Shown one piece after another: positions 1 through 7,573 of a stretch of 64,000 bases of DNA. The notes beneath the pieces were generated by a model. That model had not been told where the DNA came from. It worked only from the letters and a program-made list of their open reading frames with translations, and did no database searches. This DNA is from a virus (taxonomy: Duplodnaviria > Caudoviricetes). Positions within the stretch are counted from its first letter, which is position 1, and each line of letters opens with the position of its first letter. The translations under genes were made by a program, and so were the position numbers. The DNA is taken from positions 1-64,000 of the IMG/VR virus record IMGVR_UViG_2511231106_000002; one strand, written 5' to 3'.

Positions 1-939
1 TTATTCTCCATCCTCAAATGGCAATTCTATTTCTTTGGCTCTTTTTTGAAATTCCAAAACTTTGATTACTTTGTATTCATTTTTTATTGTTCCATCCGCT
101 TTGCGTATTTGTGTTCGTTCACGTCGGATTTTCAACATGTCGCCCTTGGTAAAAGATTGATCCCCGTTATCAATCTGCTTGATAAAATCTTCATCATCCA
201 TCTTAGCATAGAATTTATTTTCATCAGACATAAACCGCCACTTCAAATCTTCAAAATTTACAGTTAATATATTTACCCATTCATCTGTTTCTGTCACTTC
301 TACCTTCTCTTTTACATTTCCTATTTTTCCGCTGTCGAATTCAAAACATTTTGCTTCTTCTTTTTTTATACTCTGAACAACGGTCTTATCTTTATCCGCT
401 CTAACTTGAAAGGAATCTATGCCTTCCCGTCTTGTTGGCTCTACTAATTTATCAAAGCTTTCACGAACAGGTACAGACTGATATATATTTACTACATTCA
501 CATTAACTGTTATATGATCTGTTTCAGATTCTAATGTTACAGTTCCATCTTTATGCTTCGTAGCCTTAGTAATAACCCTGTTTTTGACCCACTTAATAAC
601 ATCAACTAAATTGGGGCCACCTACCAGTGATTGCACACTGCCGGCTAACCCTAAGTAAGCTATTAATTGTTCCATAGTTACGTTAGGCGTAAATAAACTT
701 TGTAGCTGTGCCGCTAATGTTCTAATTAGTTCCAGCTGAATTTCAAAAGAACCTTTTTTAAAATCAGCATTTACCTTTACTGCAATAGTAGAATTATCAT
801 CATTCAGGACTTTGTTTGCTTCATTAACAAGTGCACTCAATGCCATTAATGCAGGCCCTAGTTCTTGTACGTCCATAGTCCCATCATCTACTAGCGGTCC
901 AGTATATGCAATGATAAGCTTGCTCTTTGCGCTACACAT
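1..939 (-). CDS. Hypothetical protein, AT-rich phage moron (312 aa)
   Basis: Full ORF with GGAGG RBS and its own promoter; visibly lower GC than neighbours. Confidence 0.8.
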   Translation of the reverse strand: MCSAKSKLIIAYTGPLVDDGTMDVQELGPALMALSALVNEANKVLNDDNSTIAVKVNADFKKGSFEIQLELIRTLAAQLQSLFTPNVTMEQLIAYLGLAGSVQSLVGGPNLVDVIKWVKNRVITKATKHKDGTVTLESETDHITVNVNVVNIYQSVPVRESFDKLVEPTRREGIDSFQVRADKDKTVVQSIKKEEAKCFEFDSGKIGNVKEKVEVTETDEWVNILTVNFEDLKWRFMSDENKFYAKMDDEDFIKQIDNGDQSFTKGDMLKIRRERTQIRKADGTIKNEYKVIKVLEFQKRAKEIELPFEDGE

Positions 940-963
940 ATTTCTCCACCTCCTAACACATCT

Positions 964-992
964 ATTTTATTAGCCATTTATTCCTGTGTCAA
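964..992 (-). promoter_or_regulatory. sigma70-type promoter TTGACA-N17-TAAAAT
   Basis: -35 at 992-987 and -10 at 969-964, upstream of ORF 1..939. Confidence 0.75.
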
Positions 993-1001
993 ACGGTTTA
1001 C

Positions 1002-1044
1002 AAAAAATGCCCCGTAAAGCCAGTTAATGCCTGACTCTACGGGG
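1002..1044 (-). terminator. Intrinsic terminator after the late/MTase operon
   Basis: CCCCGTAGAGTCAG...CTGGCTTTACGGGG stem (with G-U pairs) followed by a U6 tract on the minus strand. Confidence 0.75.
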
Positions 1045-1121
1045 ATTCTTCATTTTGCGGCAGCTTCAGCACCCATCAGTTCTTTCAGCTCCCGTTCCGA
1101 CAGTTTCCATTTATAGGTATT

Positions 1122-1168
1122 GGCTTCCTGCGCCTGTCTGGCGGCTTCCTGCGCCTGTCTGGCGGCTT
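1122..1168. repeat. 21-bp tandem repeat (x2.2) encoding AARQAQE
   Basis: GGCTTCCTGCGCCTGTCTGGC at 1122-1142 and 1143-1163. Confidence 0.9.
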
Positions 1169-1685
1169 TCTGGGGAACGATGTACCCGCCACCGAATATC
1201 GTTTTATGCTTAGCTCTCTGGCTGTCCAGAGCCCGGGTATACACACCCACGTCTGTCTGGTAGTCGATGCCCATTTGGCTGAATAGCGCCACCCGGCTGG
1301 CCGTTAAGACGTTGCCTGGATATCTGTATTTTGGCTGCTGTGGCCCCTTGACCTTTTTGCTGTTCAACCGATTCACGGCATCCAAATCCCTCCACAGGTC
1401 AGGTGCAGACCGGATTAGCGGGCCCCGGCTTGTGACGAAGGACGTCGGCACCAGAGCACCGTTGGCATATGTGATATTACTGCCTACACATACATAATGG
1501 CTGATATGGTTGCTGAAGCAGGTCAGCTGTGGAGCGAACAGGAAATAGTCGATTCCCCGTTCGTTGTACCATTTAAGAATTTTCGTCAAAATAGAAAATG
1601 GTGGATTGTCTATCACCACGCCGTTTTTCGGGTATTCGTATTTCTGATAGTCGCCGCCGGGCCAGAACGGTCGAACGATAGGTCT

Positions 1686-1694
1686 CCCCCCCCC
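1686..1694 (-). repeat. G9 homopolymer (candidate phase-variation tract)
   Basis: C9 on the + strand exactly at the MTase frameshift. Confidence 0.85.
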
Positions 1695-1832
1695 ATTCGT
1701 ATTCCTTGATCGCCCATGCCTTCACCGTTTCATAGACGTTTTCCGGCGTATAGCAATCGTCAGTAGTTAGTTTGGATTTGAATTTGTCGACAAATTCTTC
1801 ATAGGTTTCGCCCTTTCCCATGTTTCCCTCCA

Positions 1833-2357
1833 TCAAAAATGTACTTTAATCCCGCCCATGACAGTAGACTTACTTCCTGCAACCCAGCCTCCGACGTGTC
1901 CCTTGAGAGGGAACCCGACCATGCCCGCAGGCTGTCCGTGCTTATCTACGCCGACGCCCAGCTCCCACTTGCGGGTCTCATCGACGACAGGCACCTTGAT
2001 GTCAACGCTCGCCTTGGACTGCTGGTCCAGGGTAATCTTGTTTTTGTCCAAAACGTATTTTTCCGTGTCTGACTTTTTAAATGTCTGTTCGTGCCCATTG
2101 ACTTTGACCGTCAAACTCTGCTTGGGGATGGTCACATCAACGTCGGCGTCTTTGGGTGACTCCTTTTCAACGTAGCGAACAACCGTTTTCGTTTCTGTCT
2201 TAGTTTTCGCCTCCATACTTTCGTTCTGGGCGGGTTTTACAACGGGGCATTTATGATTTATCGCACGGAAAGAAAAACCGCTCAGAAAGCCGAAAAGGAA
2301 GCATACGACGGTGTAGGCGAAAAACTTAATTCGTATGCTTGTTTGAAGCCTAATCAT
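1833..2357 (-). CDS. Lysis-cassette membrane protein (N-terminal TM helix, C-terminal Gly-rich beta strands ending in Phe)
   Basis: Overlaps the endolysin stop; hydrophobic segment at about residues 12-30; ends ...TVMGGIKVHF. Confidence 0.6.
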   Translation of the reverse strand: MIRLQTSIRIKFFAYTVVCFLFGFLSGFSFRAINHKCPVVKPAQNESMEAKTKTETKTVVRYVEKESPKDADVDVTIPKQSLTVKVNGHEQTFKKSDTEKYVLDKNKITLDQQSKASVDIKVPVVDETRKWELGVGVDKHGQPAGMVGFPLKGHVGGWVAGSKSTVMGGIKVHF

Positions 2358-2865
2358 GGTACTGCCCGTCCTCGTCGTAGTGCTGTTGATACCATATGGC
2401 CTTGCCTCTGATCGTTTGTAGCTGGCTATACAGGGTATATCCCGGACAAGCTGTGGCCATTAAATCACGGTGTCCAACTACGGTATCAGTATCAATGTCA
2501 ATGCCGTATTTATCTGCCAGCCAAGCAACGAGGGTAGCGCAGGATTCAATTTGTTGTGGTGTTGGCTCTGCCAGTTCAAAATTGCCGCAAACGTGAATCC
2601 CGATAGAACAATTATTATATCCGTAGGCATGAGCACCTATGGTATCCATGGGACGCCCCAGCTCAATGGAACCGTCCTTTCTGATGACAAAATGATAACC
2701 AATTCCAGCCCAGCCTTGCGCCAGATGTGATTCATGAATCTCTTCTGCACTTAAATCATCATCCGTGGGATTCCCGGTATGGTGGATTACAATTAAATCG
2801 GTTCTCCCTCGTTCCATGAGTGGTTCAAACATTAGTCCATAATCAACGAACGTTTGTGTTATCAT
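2350..2865 (-). CDS. Endolysin, N-acetylmuramoyl-L-alanine amidase (Amidase_2 type)
   Basis: IVIHHT, GWAGIGYHF, GAHA, SIGIHVCGNF, GHRD...TACPG; start moved to MITQ at 2865. Confidence 0.92.
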   Translation of the reverse strand: MITQTFVDYGLMFEPLMERGRTDLIVIHHTGNPTDDDLSAEEIHESHLAQGWAGIGYHFVIRKDGSIELGRPMDTIGAHAYGYNNCSIGIHVCGNFELAEPTPQQIESCATLVAWLADKYGIDIDTDTVVGHRDLMATACPGYTLYSQLQTIRGKAIWYQQHYDEDGQYHD

Positions 2866-3166
2866 CTTTTTCCTCCTCTTCCCACTCATCAGGCACTCCG
2901 TTCCCGTCGTCGTCTATTAAACTTTTCCCGATGAATCCGACAGCGGCGATAAAACTTGCTCCTGTGAGTGTCTGTAGCAAGCTGTTCATAGCCCCTAGGT
3001 CAATCTTTCCGGTATGGAATAGCCATAACCAACCGCCAATATACAGACATACGCTCCCGATGATAAGTAGCATAAGAATAATTACCAAGGCTCGTGGCAA
3101 CCCTTTAACCTTCATTCTCCCCATGCCACCCATGATACGTAACAGTGCCTTTTGTAACTCCTTCAC
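2843..3166 (-). CDS. Putative holin
   Basis: 107 aa, two hydrophobic segments, charged acidic C-tail, directly upstream of the amidase. Confidence 0.7.
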   Translation of the reverse strand: MKELQKALLRIMGGMGRMKVKGLPRALVIILMLLIIGSVCLYIGGWLWLFHTGKIDLGAMNSLLQTLTGASFIAAVGFIGKSLIDDDGNGVPDEWEEEEKDDNTNVR

Positions 3167-3459
3167 TTTCTCACTTCCTCGGCCATGTGGAGAACTTCGT
3201 CATGCTTTGCTGTCATGACTCCGTTTTCGGCTAGTTTTTCATAGACGCTGTACATCTCTTCAAATACTTGTTTTTCTTCCGCCGTTGGTGCAATGATCTG
3301 AAAACGGTTGTACATGTCGTTAAGAGATGCCCGCAGAATCAGTTGCATACCCTTTCTGATTGCTTTTAGACCAGTAACATAGGCCACGACGTAGCCGATA
3401 AGCCCGCCCACGGCAAGGCTGATAACTGTGCTTAATCCCTCGATGATGATGTCGTTCAC
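3163..3459 (-). CDS. Small membrane protein of the lysis cassette (holin-like)
   Basis: N-terminal TM helix; stop overlaps the start of the next gene. Confidence 0.6.
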   Translation of the reverse strand: MNDIIIEGLSTVISLAVGGLIGYVVAYVTGLKAIRKGMQLILRASLNDMYNRFQIIAPTAEEKQVFEEMYSVYEKLAENGVMTAKHDEVLHMAEEVRK

Positions 3460-3472
3460 GCTTTGTCCTCCA

Positions 3473-3741
3473 TTAAAGTTTCATGATAAAAGCTAGGGTG
3501 TAGTATGGCGGCATATTATTGTGGGGCTGGCCGCCGCCTGTTGGTTCAATAAATTCGCTCTGGAAATAATAGCCATGATTACCGTCAGCATAATATCCAG
3601 ATACTTTCCTGTCGGTGAAAGTACCGTTTATGCTGTTGTTTGATTGACCAGCATTGTACAAGATAGATTGCGGCTCGGTCTGTGGAAACCCACCCTTGGC
3701 CAATGCTATCCTGTGACCATGAGATGGCATCTCATCGGTGG
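3473..3741 (-). other. Silent alternative C-terminal cassette for tail fibre 2
   Basis: Begins right after the TAG of 3742..4401 with CCACCGA-TGAGAT; encodes TDEMPSHGH...GGGQPHNNMPPYYTLAFIMKL*, paralleling the expressed tip. Confidence 0.85.
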
Positions 3742-4401
3742 CTATGCGGTACGCCTCCACACATAGGCCGCCACGCAGGGAGACAGGTTGTTGTGAGGGA
3801 CATCTTTACCGAAATCCATGACAAACCCGTCACCTTGCCCGCTTTGTGGATTTGACTCGAAGCTGACATTTTCAATGGATGCAGGAGCCGAAAATACGCC
3901 GTGGGTGGTCAGCTTTTGATTTGGATCTTGTCTAGCAAAATCGAGGACATCTCCTCTGATATGGGGCAGTTCATCGGTGGTGAGCTTGTGCATTCGCTCG
4001 CCGTATTTCGTGCCCGCCACGTAGTTAAACGAGCCGAAATCATCTGTGCCGGAACCCTGTGCGATGAGCGTGTAGCCTGCTGGCAGGGCTTCCCACGTAC
4101 CGCCGAACAGGTCAGCGGGGCTGGTGCTTTTGTCGCTGAAGTAGTACGAGCCGACGGGGTGGGCGTCGAGCTTTGCTTTCGTCTGGGCGGCTGAAACTGC
4201 CGTGCTGATGGCTTGCTCGTAGGCCGCTTTTTGTTTAGCCAGGGCATCGGCCAGGAGCTTCTGGACCCACGCCGTGGTAGGCACTTTCTGAGAGTTATCG
4301 TCCTTTTCCGGTGACGAGACGTACATAGCTCCCCAATTTAACCCTTCAATACCAAGGGATCCTTCGCCATCGCCGTTGGGCACGATTGCTCTTGTCGTCA
4401 T
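3742..4401 (-). CDS. Tail fibre / receptor-binding protein 2 (gp53-like tip)
   Basis: HPVGSYY...SPADLFGGTWE...GERMHKLTTDELPH...HNNLSPCVAAYVWRRTA. Confidence 0.85.
   Translation of the reverse strand: MTTRAIVPNGDGEGSLGIEGLNWGAMYVSSPEKDDNSQKVPTTAWVQKLLADALAKQKAAYEQAISTAVSAAQTKAKLDAHPVGSYYFSDKSTSPADLFGGTWEALPAGYTLIAQGSGTDDFGSFNYVAGTKYGERMHKLTTDELPHIRGDVLDFARQDPNQKLTTHGVFSAPASIENVSFESNPQSGQGDGFVMDFGKDVPHNNLSPCVAAYVWRRTA
3968..3986 (-). repeat. Crossover site 2a AGCTCA-CCACCGA-TGAACT (partner 2b at 3729-3741)
   Basis: Inverted 6-bp arms around a 7-bp spacer; the spacer is repeated at 3741-3735. Confidence 0.75.
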
Positions 4402-4529
4402 TTAGACTCACCATCCTTCTTTTCATCGGCTTGCTGTTCCGGCTTATAAGCAATGCAGGCCGGGTTTACGCATTTATCGTCCACCAGCTTGTGAGCGCAA
4501 TATTCGCAACGCTTCGGGATCTTAAACAT
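4398..4529 (-). CDS. Small Cys-rich protein (43 aa), at the position of an XkdX-type gene
   Basis: Read manually: MFKIPKRCEYCAHKLVDDKCVNPACIAYKPEQQADEKKDGESK*; overlaps both neighbouring genes. Confidence 0.7.
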   Translation of the reverse strand: MFKIPKRCEYCAHKLVDDKCVNPACIAYKPEQQADEKKDGESK

Positions 4530-4971
4530 TCTCCATCGCCTCCTTGTATTGGGCTTGCAGGTCTTTAAAATCTGCCCGGATACTTTCCTGAGCGTCCGTG
4601 TCGCCGGTCAGGAGAGCCACGGCCATGCTGTCGGTCAGGTCCTTGACTGCACTGTCATAGTCGGCCTTGAGGCTGGCTTTCTGTGCCTCCTGTCGCTCTT
4701 GCTCCGTGAGCTCCGCCGGTGGCACGTAGGTACGTTTGGCCTGGGCATCCAGCAGGTCCTGGATGCGTTCACAGTAACCGCTGTAGGTGCCGTTGGGATA
4801 AGGTAAAAAATCTCCATCCACCACGCAGCACTCCTGTGTATCGTCATAGATAACGGATTCCGGGACGGATACAGCCCCGGCGTCGAGTAAAAAATTATCG
4901 ACGGTCTCGCTGTATGTGCGGTCGCCGTCGATGATCAAAACATTATTTTTTAAAATCTGAAAAACATGCAT
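4522..4971 (-). CDS. Putative tail fibre assembly/chaperone protein
   Basis: 149 aa, directly downstream of the tail fibre 1 cassettes; AAGGAG RBS. Confidence 0.6.
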   Translation of the reverse strand: MHVFQILKNNVLIIDGDRTYSETVDNFLLDAGAVSVPESVIYDDTQECCVVDGDFLPYPNGTYSGYCERIQDLLDAQAKRTYVPPAELTEQERQEAQKASLKADYDSAVKDLTDSMAVALLTGDTDAQESIRADFKDLQAQYKEAMENV

Positions 4972-4980
4972 TTTTATCTC

Positions 4981-5003
4981 CTTTCACTGAAAGTGAACTG
5001 GCA
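4981..5003 (+). repeat. Crossover site 1C CTTTCA-CTGAAAG-TGAACT-GGCA
   Basis: Inverted relative to sites 1A and 1B. Confidence 0.85.
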
Positions 5004-5267
5004 CCTCACAGCCACCTCGCCACGGCGGCAGTTGCAGGGAATCACAATCACAATATTCAATTAAGTAATTCATTAGGCGACGACTGGGGGCAATACAATA
5101 AATGCGCTCATAAAGGCCGTGACGGGTCCAGAATATGGAAAACTGAACCTATCTCGTACGCTGGCGATCATTCCCACAACATCACCATTTCTACGACGGG
5201 CGGCGGGGCCGCTCATGAGAACAGGATGCCGTATAGCGGCGTTGCCTACTGGGTTCGCACCCAATAA
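4986..5267 (+). other. Inverted silent C-terminal cassette C for tail fibre 1
   Basis: Open frame with no start codon: TESELAPHSHLATAAVAGNHNHNIQL...YAGDHSHNITISTTGGGAAHENRMPYSGVAYWVRTQ*. Confidence 0.9.
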
Positions 5268-5562
5268 CAAACGCCTTGGAACGGGGGCCTGTTTTCGTGG
5301 CTTTCATTGCCACCGATAGATCCTATTGCGATAGAAGGGGACAAGGTTTCAAGGACGTTGCGGACCTCTATTCCGTGGTCCTTGGCCCCTCCGCCCGATT
5401 CTTCACCGCTGACAATTGTTCCCGACCAACCATTTTTCGGAACATCTTTGTATTGGTTGGTTGACGAGTAATTTGTAACGACCCCATGAATTTGTGCAAC
5501 CCTAGATACAGCCAGCGTAGACGACGCAATTTTAGGCGTGATTTTTGCTAGTTCACTTTCAG
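5246..5562 (-). other. Silent C-terminal cassette B for tail fibre 1
   Basis: Open frame with no start codon: ESELAKITPKIASSTLAVSRV...IGGNESHENRPPFQGVCYWVRTQ*. Confidence 0.9.
5546..5562 (-). repeat. Crossover site 1B CTGAAAG-TGAACT-AGCA
   Basis: 17/17 identical to 5849-5865; lies 4 bp after the tail fibre stop codon. Confidence 0.88.
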
Positions 5563-5566
5563 CCCG

Positions 5567-6754
5567 TTAAGCCGTTCTTTCCCAATATGCCACGCCCTGA
5601 TACGGTTGGCGGTTTTCATGTCCTTCACCAGTCCCAGACGTGCCCAAAGAAACGGTGACAGCGTGGGAATGTGCGCCGTCAGTCGTGGTTTTTCCGAGGT
5701 AGTTATCGTGATCTGTTCCGGATGCCCCAGCATACCCACCTTGTGACGAATATTCGCCCAATGGATTGTTTTGTTTTACGTCACCTCTCCCACCGTGGTA
5801 ATGAGCGCCGTTAGTACTGCAAGCCGCAGAAGCTCTGTGGGTGTGAGGTGCTAGTTCACTTTCAGTGAGTTTGTGTTCAGCTTCGCCGCCCGTATCCCCC
5901 ACGGAATAGCTAAACTTTTTCCCGTTCTCCCAATATTCGCCAGCTCCGATAGGCACACGGCCCTGCAACGTGCGTTTCCAAGTCGTGCCTGCCCACAGCT
6001 GGTTTGGGTTTTGGTCGCCAGTGGTAGCGATGACAAATCCAACCGGATAGATGATGTCGATGATGTCCTTGACGGACCGCTGCTTGACCTGCTTCCAGGT
6101 ACCGTCAGCGTTCAGATAGTACTCGTTGTCCTGGCCGGCCATGGGACGGGGAACAAATCCCCGCTGCCCGTTAGCGGTCGACGTGCAACCTTTGAAGTCG
6201 CTGTGGGCGTTGACGTCCGTCAGGTGGGCCTGGAACTCTGCTTCCCCTACCGTCTGGGTATCTGATACATGGACGGATACGGTTTCAGCGTCACCCACGC
6301 TGGTGTAGATACCGACTTCCTGGGGCGTCATGGGGGTATCCTTGCTGGGCAGCCAGTCCGTTTTTCCTTCGTCGGCGTACCCATAGCAGAACAGGACAGC
6401 ATCCCCGGTGTACCCATCCCAGCTGTCCCCGGTGTAGTAGGAAGATTCTACCTTGGCCCACAGGCCCACTTCAGAGATGTGGAACCCGGTGGCCAGCGTG
6501 CTGTTCGAGAATTTCCCGAACGCTGCGTACCGGCCTTCCGTAGTGTCAGTGTTCTTGATTTTCTTCAGGCTAGTGATGTCGCTGGTCAGCTTCTCGTCGA
6601 CCAGGGCCGTCATGGCACTGATGGTGCTGGTGTCCGTCGGTCTGCTGTCGCCGATGGCCATTTTCGTAAACACCAAAGGGCATTTGTTCACCCTGGACAG
6701 GGCAATCAGGTTGAGGCCCTGTTTTGTGGTGACACATTGATGAAATTCAGCCAT
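5567..6754 (-). CDS. Tail fibre protein 1 (baseplate-attachment N-terminus, gp53-like variable tip)
   Basis: TTKQGLNLIA...FTKMAIGD...FHISEVGLWAK; IYPVG...GGEAEHKLTESELAPHTH...HENRQPYQGVAYWERTA. Confidence 0.88.
   Translation of the reverse strand: MAEFHQCVTTKQGLNLIALSRVNKCPLVFTKMAIGDSRPTDTSTISAMTALVDEKLTSDITSLKKIKNTDTTEGRYAAFGKFSNSTLATGFHISEVGLWAKVESSYYTGDSWDGYTGDAVLFCYGYADEGKTDWLPSKDTPMTPQEVGIYTSVGDAETVSVHVSDTQTVGEAEFQAHLTDVNAHSDFKGCTSTANGQRGFVPRPMAGQDNEYYLNADGTWKQVKQRSVKDIIDIIYPVGFVIATTGDQNPNQLWAGTTWKRTLQGRVPIGAGEYWENGKKFSYSVGDTGGEAEHKLTESELAPHTHRASAACSTNGAHYHGGRGDVKQNNPLGEYSSQGGYAGASGTDHDNYLGKTTTDGAHSHAVTVSLGTSGTGEGHENRQPYQGVAYWERTA
5849..5871 (-). repeat. Crossover site 1A AACTCA-CTGAAAG-TGAACT-AGCA inside tail fibre 1
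   Basis: Encodes KLTESELA at the constant/variable boundary. Confidence 0.88.
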
Positions 6755-6758
6755 TGTC

Positions 6759-7538
6759 TTACTCCTTTACTCGTATCGTTCCATCACTGTTAATGACGAA
6801 GACGTCATCCGTAGCACCCACCGGGGCTGCAGTAGCGGGAGACACTGTGCTGGTATTGGCGTTCCATACCGTGTTCGCCTTGAGGCCAAGCTCTGTCAGG
6901 TGGATGGCATCGTCTTTTATCTCGAATACCGGCGTATCCACGGACCACAGAACAGCCGTCTGCAGCACTTCGTCGTTGGCCAGCAGGCCGCATTCCACGC
7001 CCCTGGACGCCATCCGAATTACCGTACCGATGTACTCGGATGCATCCAGATGGGTCTTGAAGTGGTAGGTGCGGCCTAGGTGGGCTGGCAGGTAGGTATT
7101 CACAGCCTCGTCTATTTTCGTGAAATCGTGCGTTCCGCTATCGGGTAGGTAAATATCCACCGTATACTCGGATGGATGTTCCACAATCTGCGTGGCAGCC
7201 ACTGTGGTGAACAGGTTAATCATCCTGGTCAGGAAAGCGGGAGTCACCGTGGGCGGCTTCCCCATTTTGGCCAGTACGGATGCCCGTCTGGTCTCCAGGT
7301 CCACACTGGTATTCACATTGATGCCCAGCATACGCTCCCAGGCCGCCATGCCCCAGGTAGCCGTTTCCGCGTGGAACTGTTTGGTTACGTCAATCTGGGC
7401 CAGCCGCTGACGTTCGTGCTCTTTCTGCAAACTGTCCTGGATGGCTTTGAATTCCGGGCTCAGATATAGGAAAACCGGCAGATACCTTTTCAGGTTTACC
7501 GGGTCCGTTCTCAAGAATTGGAAATCTGGTGCTTTCAC
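6759..7538 (-). CDS. YmfQ/DUF2313-family baseplate protein
   Basis: LKRYLP...QFHAETATWGMAAWERMLGI...PAHL motifs. Confidence 0.85.
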   Translation of the reverse strand: MKAPDFQFLRTDPVNLKRYLPVFLYLSPEFKAIQDSLQKEHERQRLAQIDVTKQFHAETATWGMAAWERMLGINVNTSVDLETRRASVLAKMGKPPTVTPAFLTRMINLFTTVAATQIVEHPSEYTVDIYLPDSGTHDFTKIDEAVNTYLPAHLGRTYHFKTHLDASEYIGTVIRMASRGVECGLLANDEVLQTAVLWSVDTPVFEIKDDAIHLTELGLKANTVWNANTSTVSPATAAPVGATDDVFVINSDGTIRVKE

Positions 7539-7573
7539 AGGAACACCACCTCTTTCACATGAGGAATCTCAAA
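7535..7573 (-). pseudogene. C-terminal remnant of baseplate J gene
   Basis: Reads ...EIPHVKEVVFL* with a GTGA overlap onto the YmfQ start; resembles the baseplate J end of prophage R (QIPVAGKVVL). Confidence 0.55.

Larger units (their letters stand above)
1050..1836 (-). pseudogene. Phage DNA adenine methyltransferase-like gene, frameshifted at a G9 tract (ORFs 1573..1836 + 1050..1619)
   Basis: N-part TTDDCYTP and C-part DNPPF motif; removing one G gives a continuous 261-aa frame ...EWGGRPIVRPFWPGGDYQKYEYPKNGVVIDNPPF... Confidence 0.8.
1..7573 (-). mobile_element. Prophage L (right part): baseplate, tail fibres, lysis and morons; interrupted at baseplate J
   Basis: Co-oriented YmfQ-like, tail fibre, holin and amidase genes; nothing phage-structural upstream of 7573 except a short baseplate J-like C-terminus. 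Confidence 0.85.

Noticed and set aside
3473-3760. 95-aa ORF as an independent gene
   Set aside because: Its start lies inside the upstream gene with no RBS, and tip homology begins exactly at the crossover spacer; treated as a silent cassette
5310-5322. CCACCGA on the + strand as the missing inverted site for array 2
   Set aside because: Followed by TAGATC rather than the TGA-type arm and lies within cassette B coding sequence; probably chance
5119-5464. ORF-track calls 5119..5319, 5073..5270 and 5276..5464
   Set aside because: Wrong frames; the meaningful frames are the start-less cassettes B and C
3473-6754. Diversity-generating retroelement as the explanation of the tip variants
   Set aside because: No reverse transcriptase and no TR/VR pair differing only at adenines; the cassettes are divergent throughout
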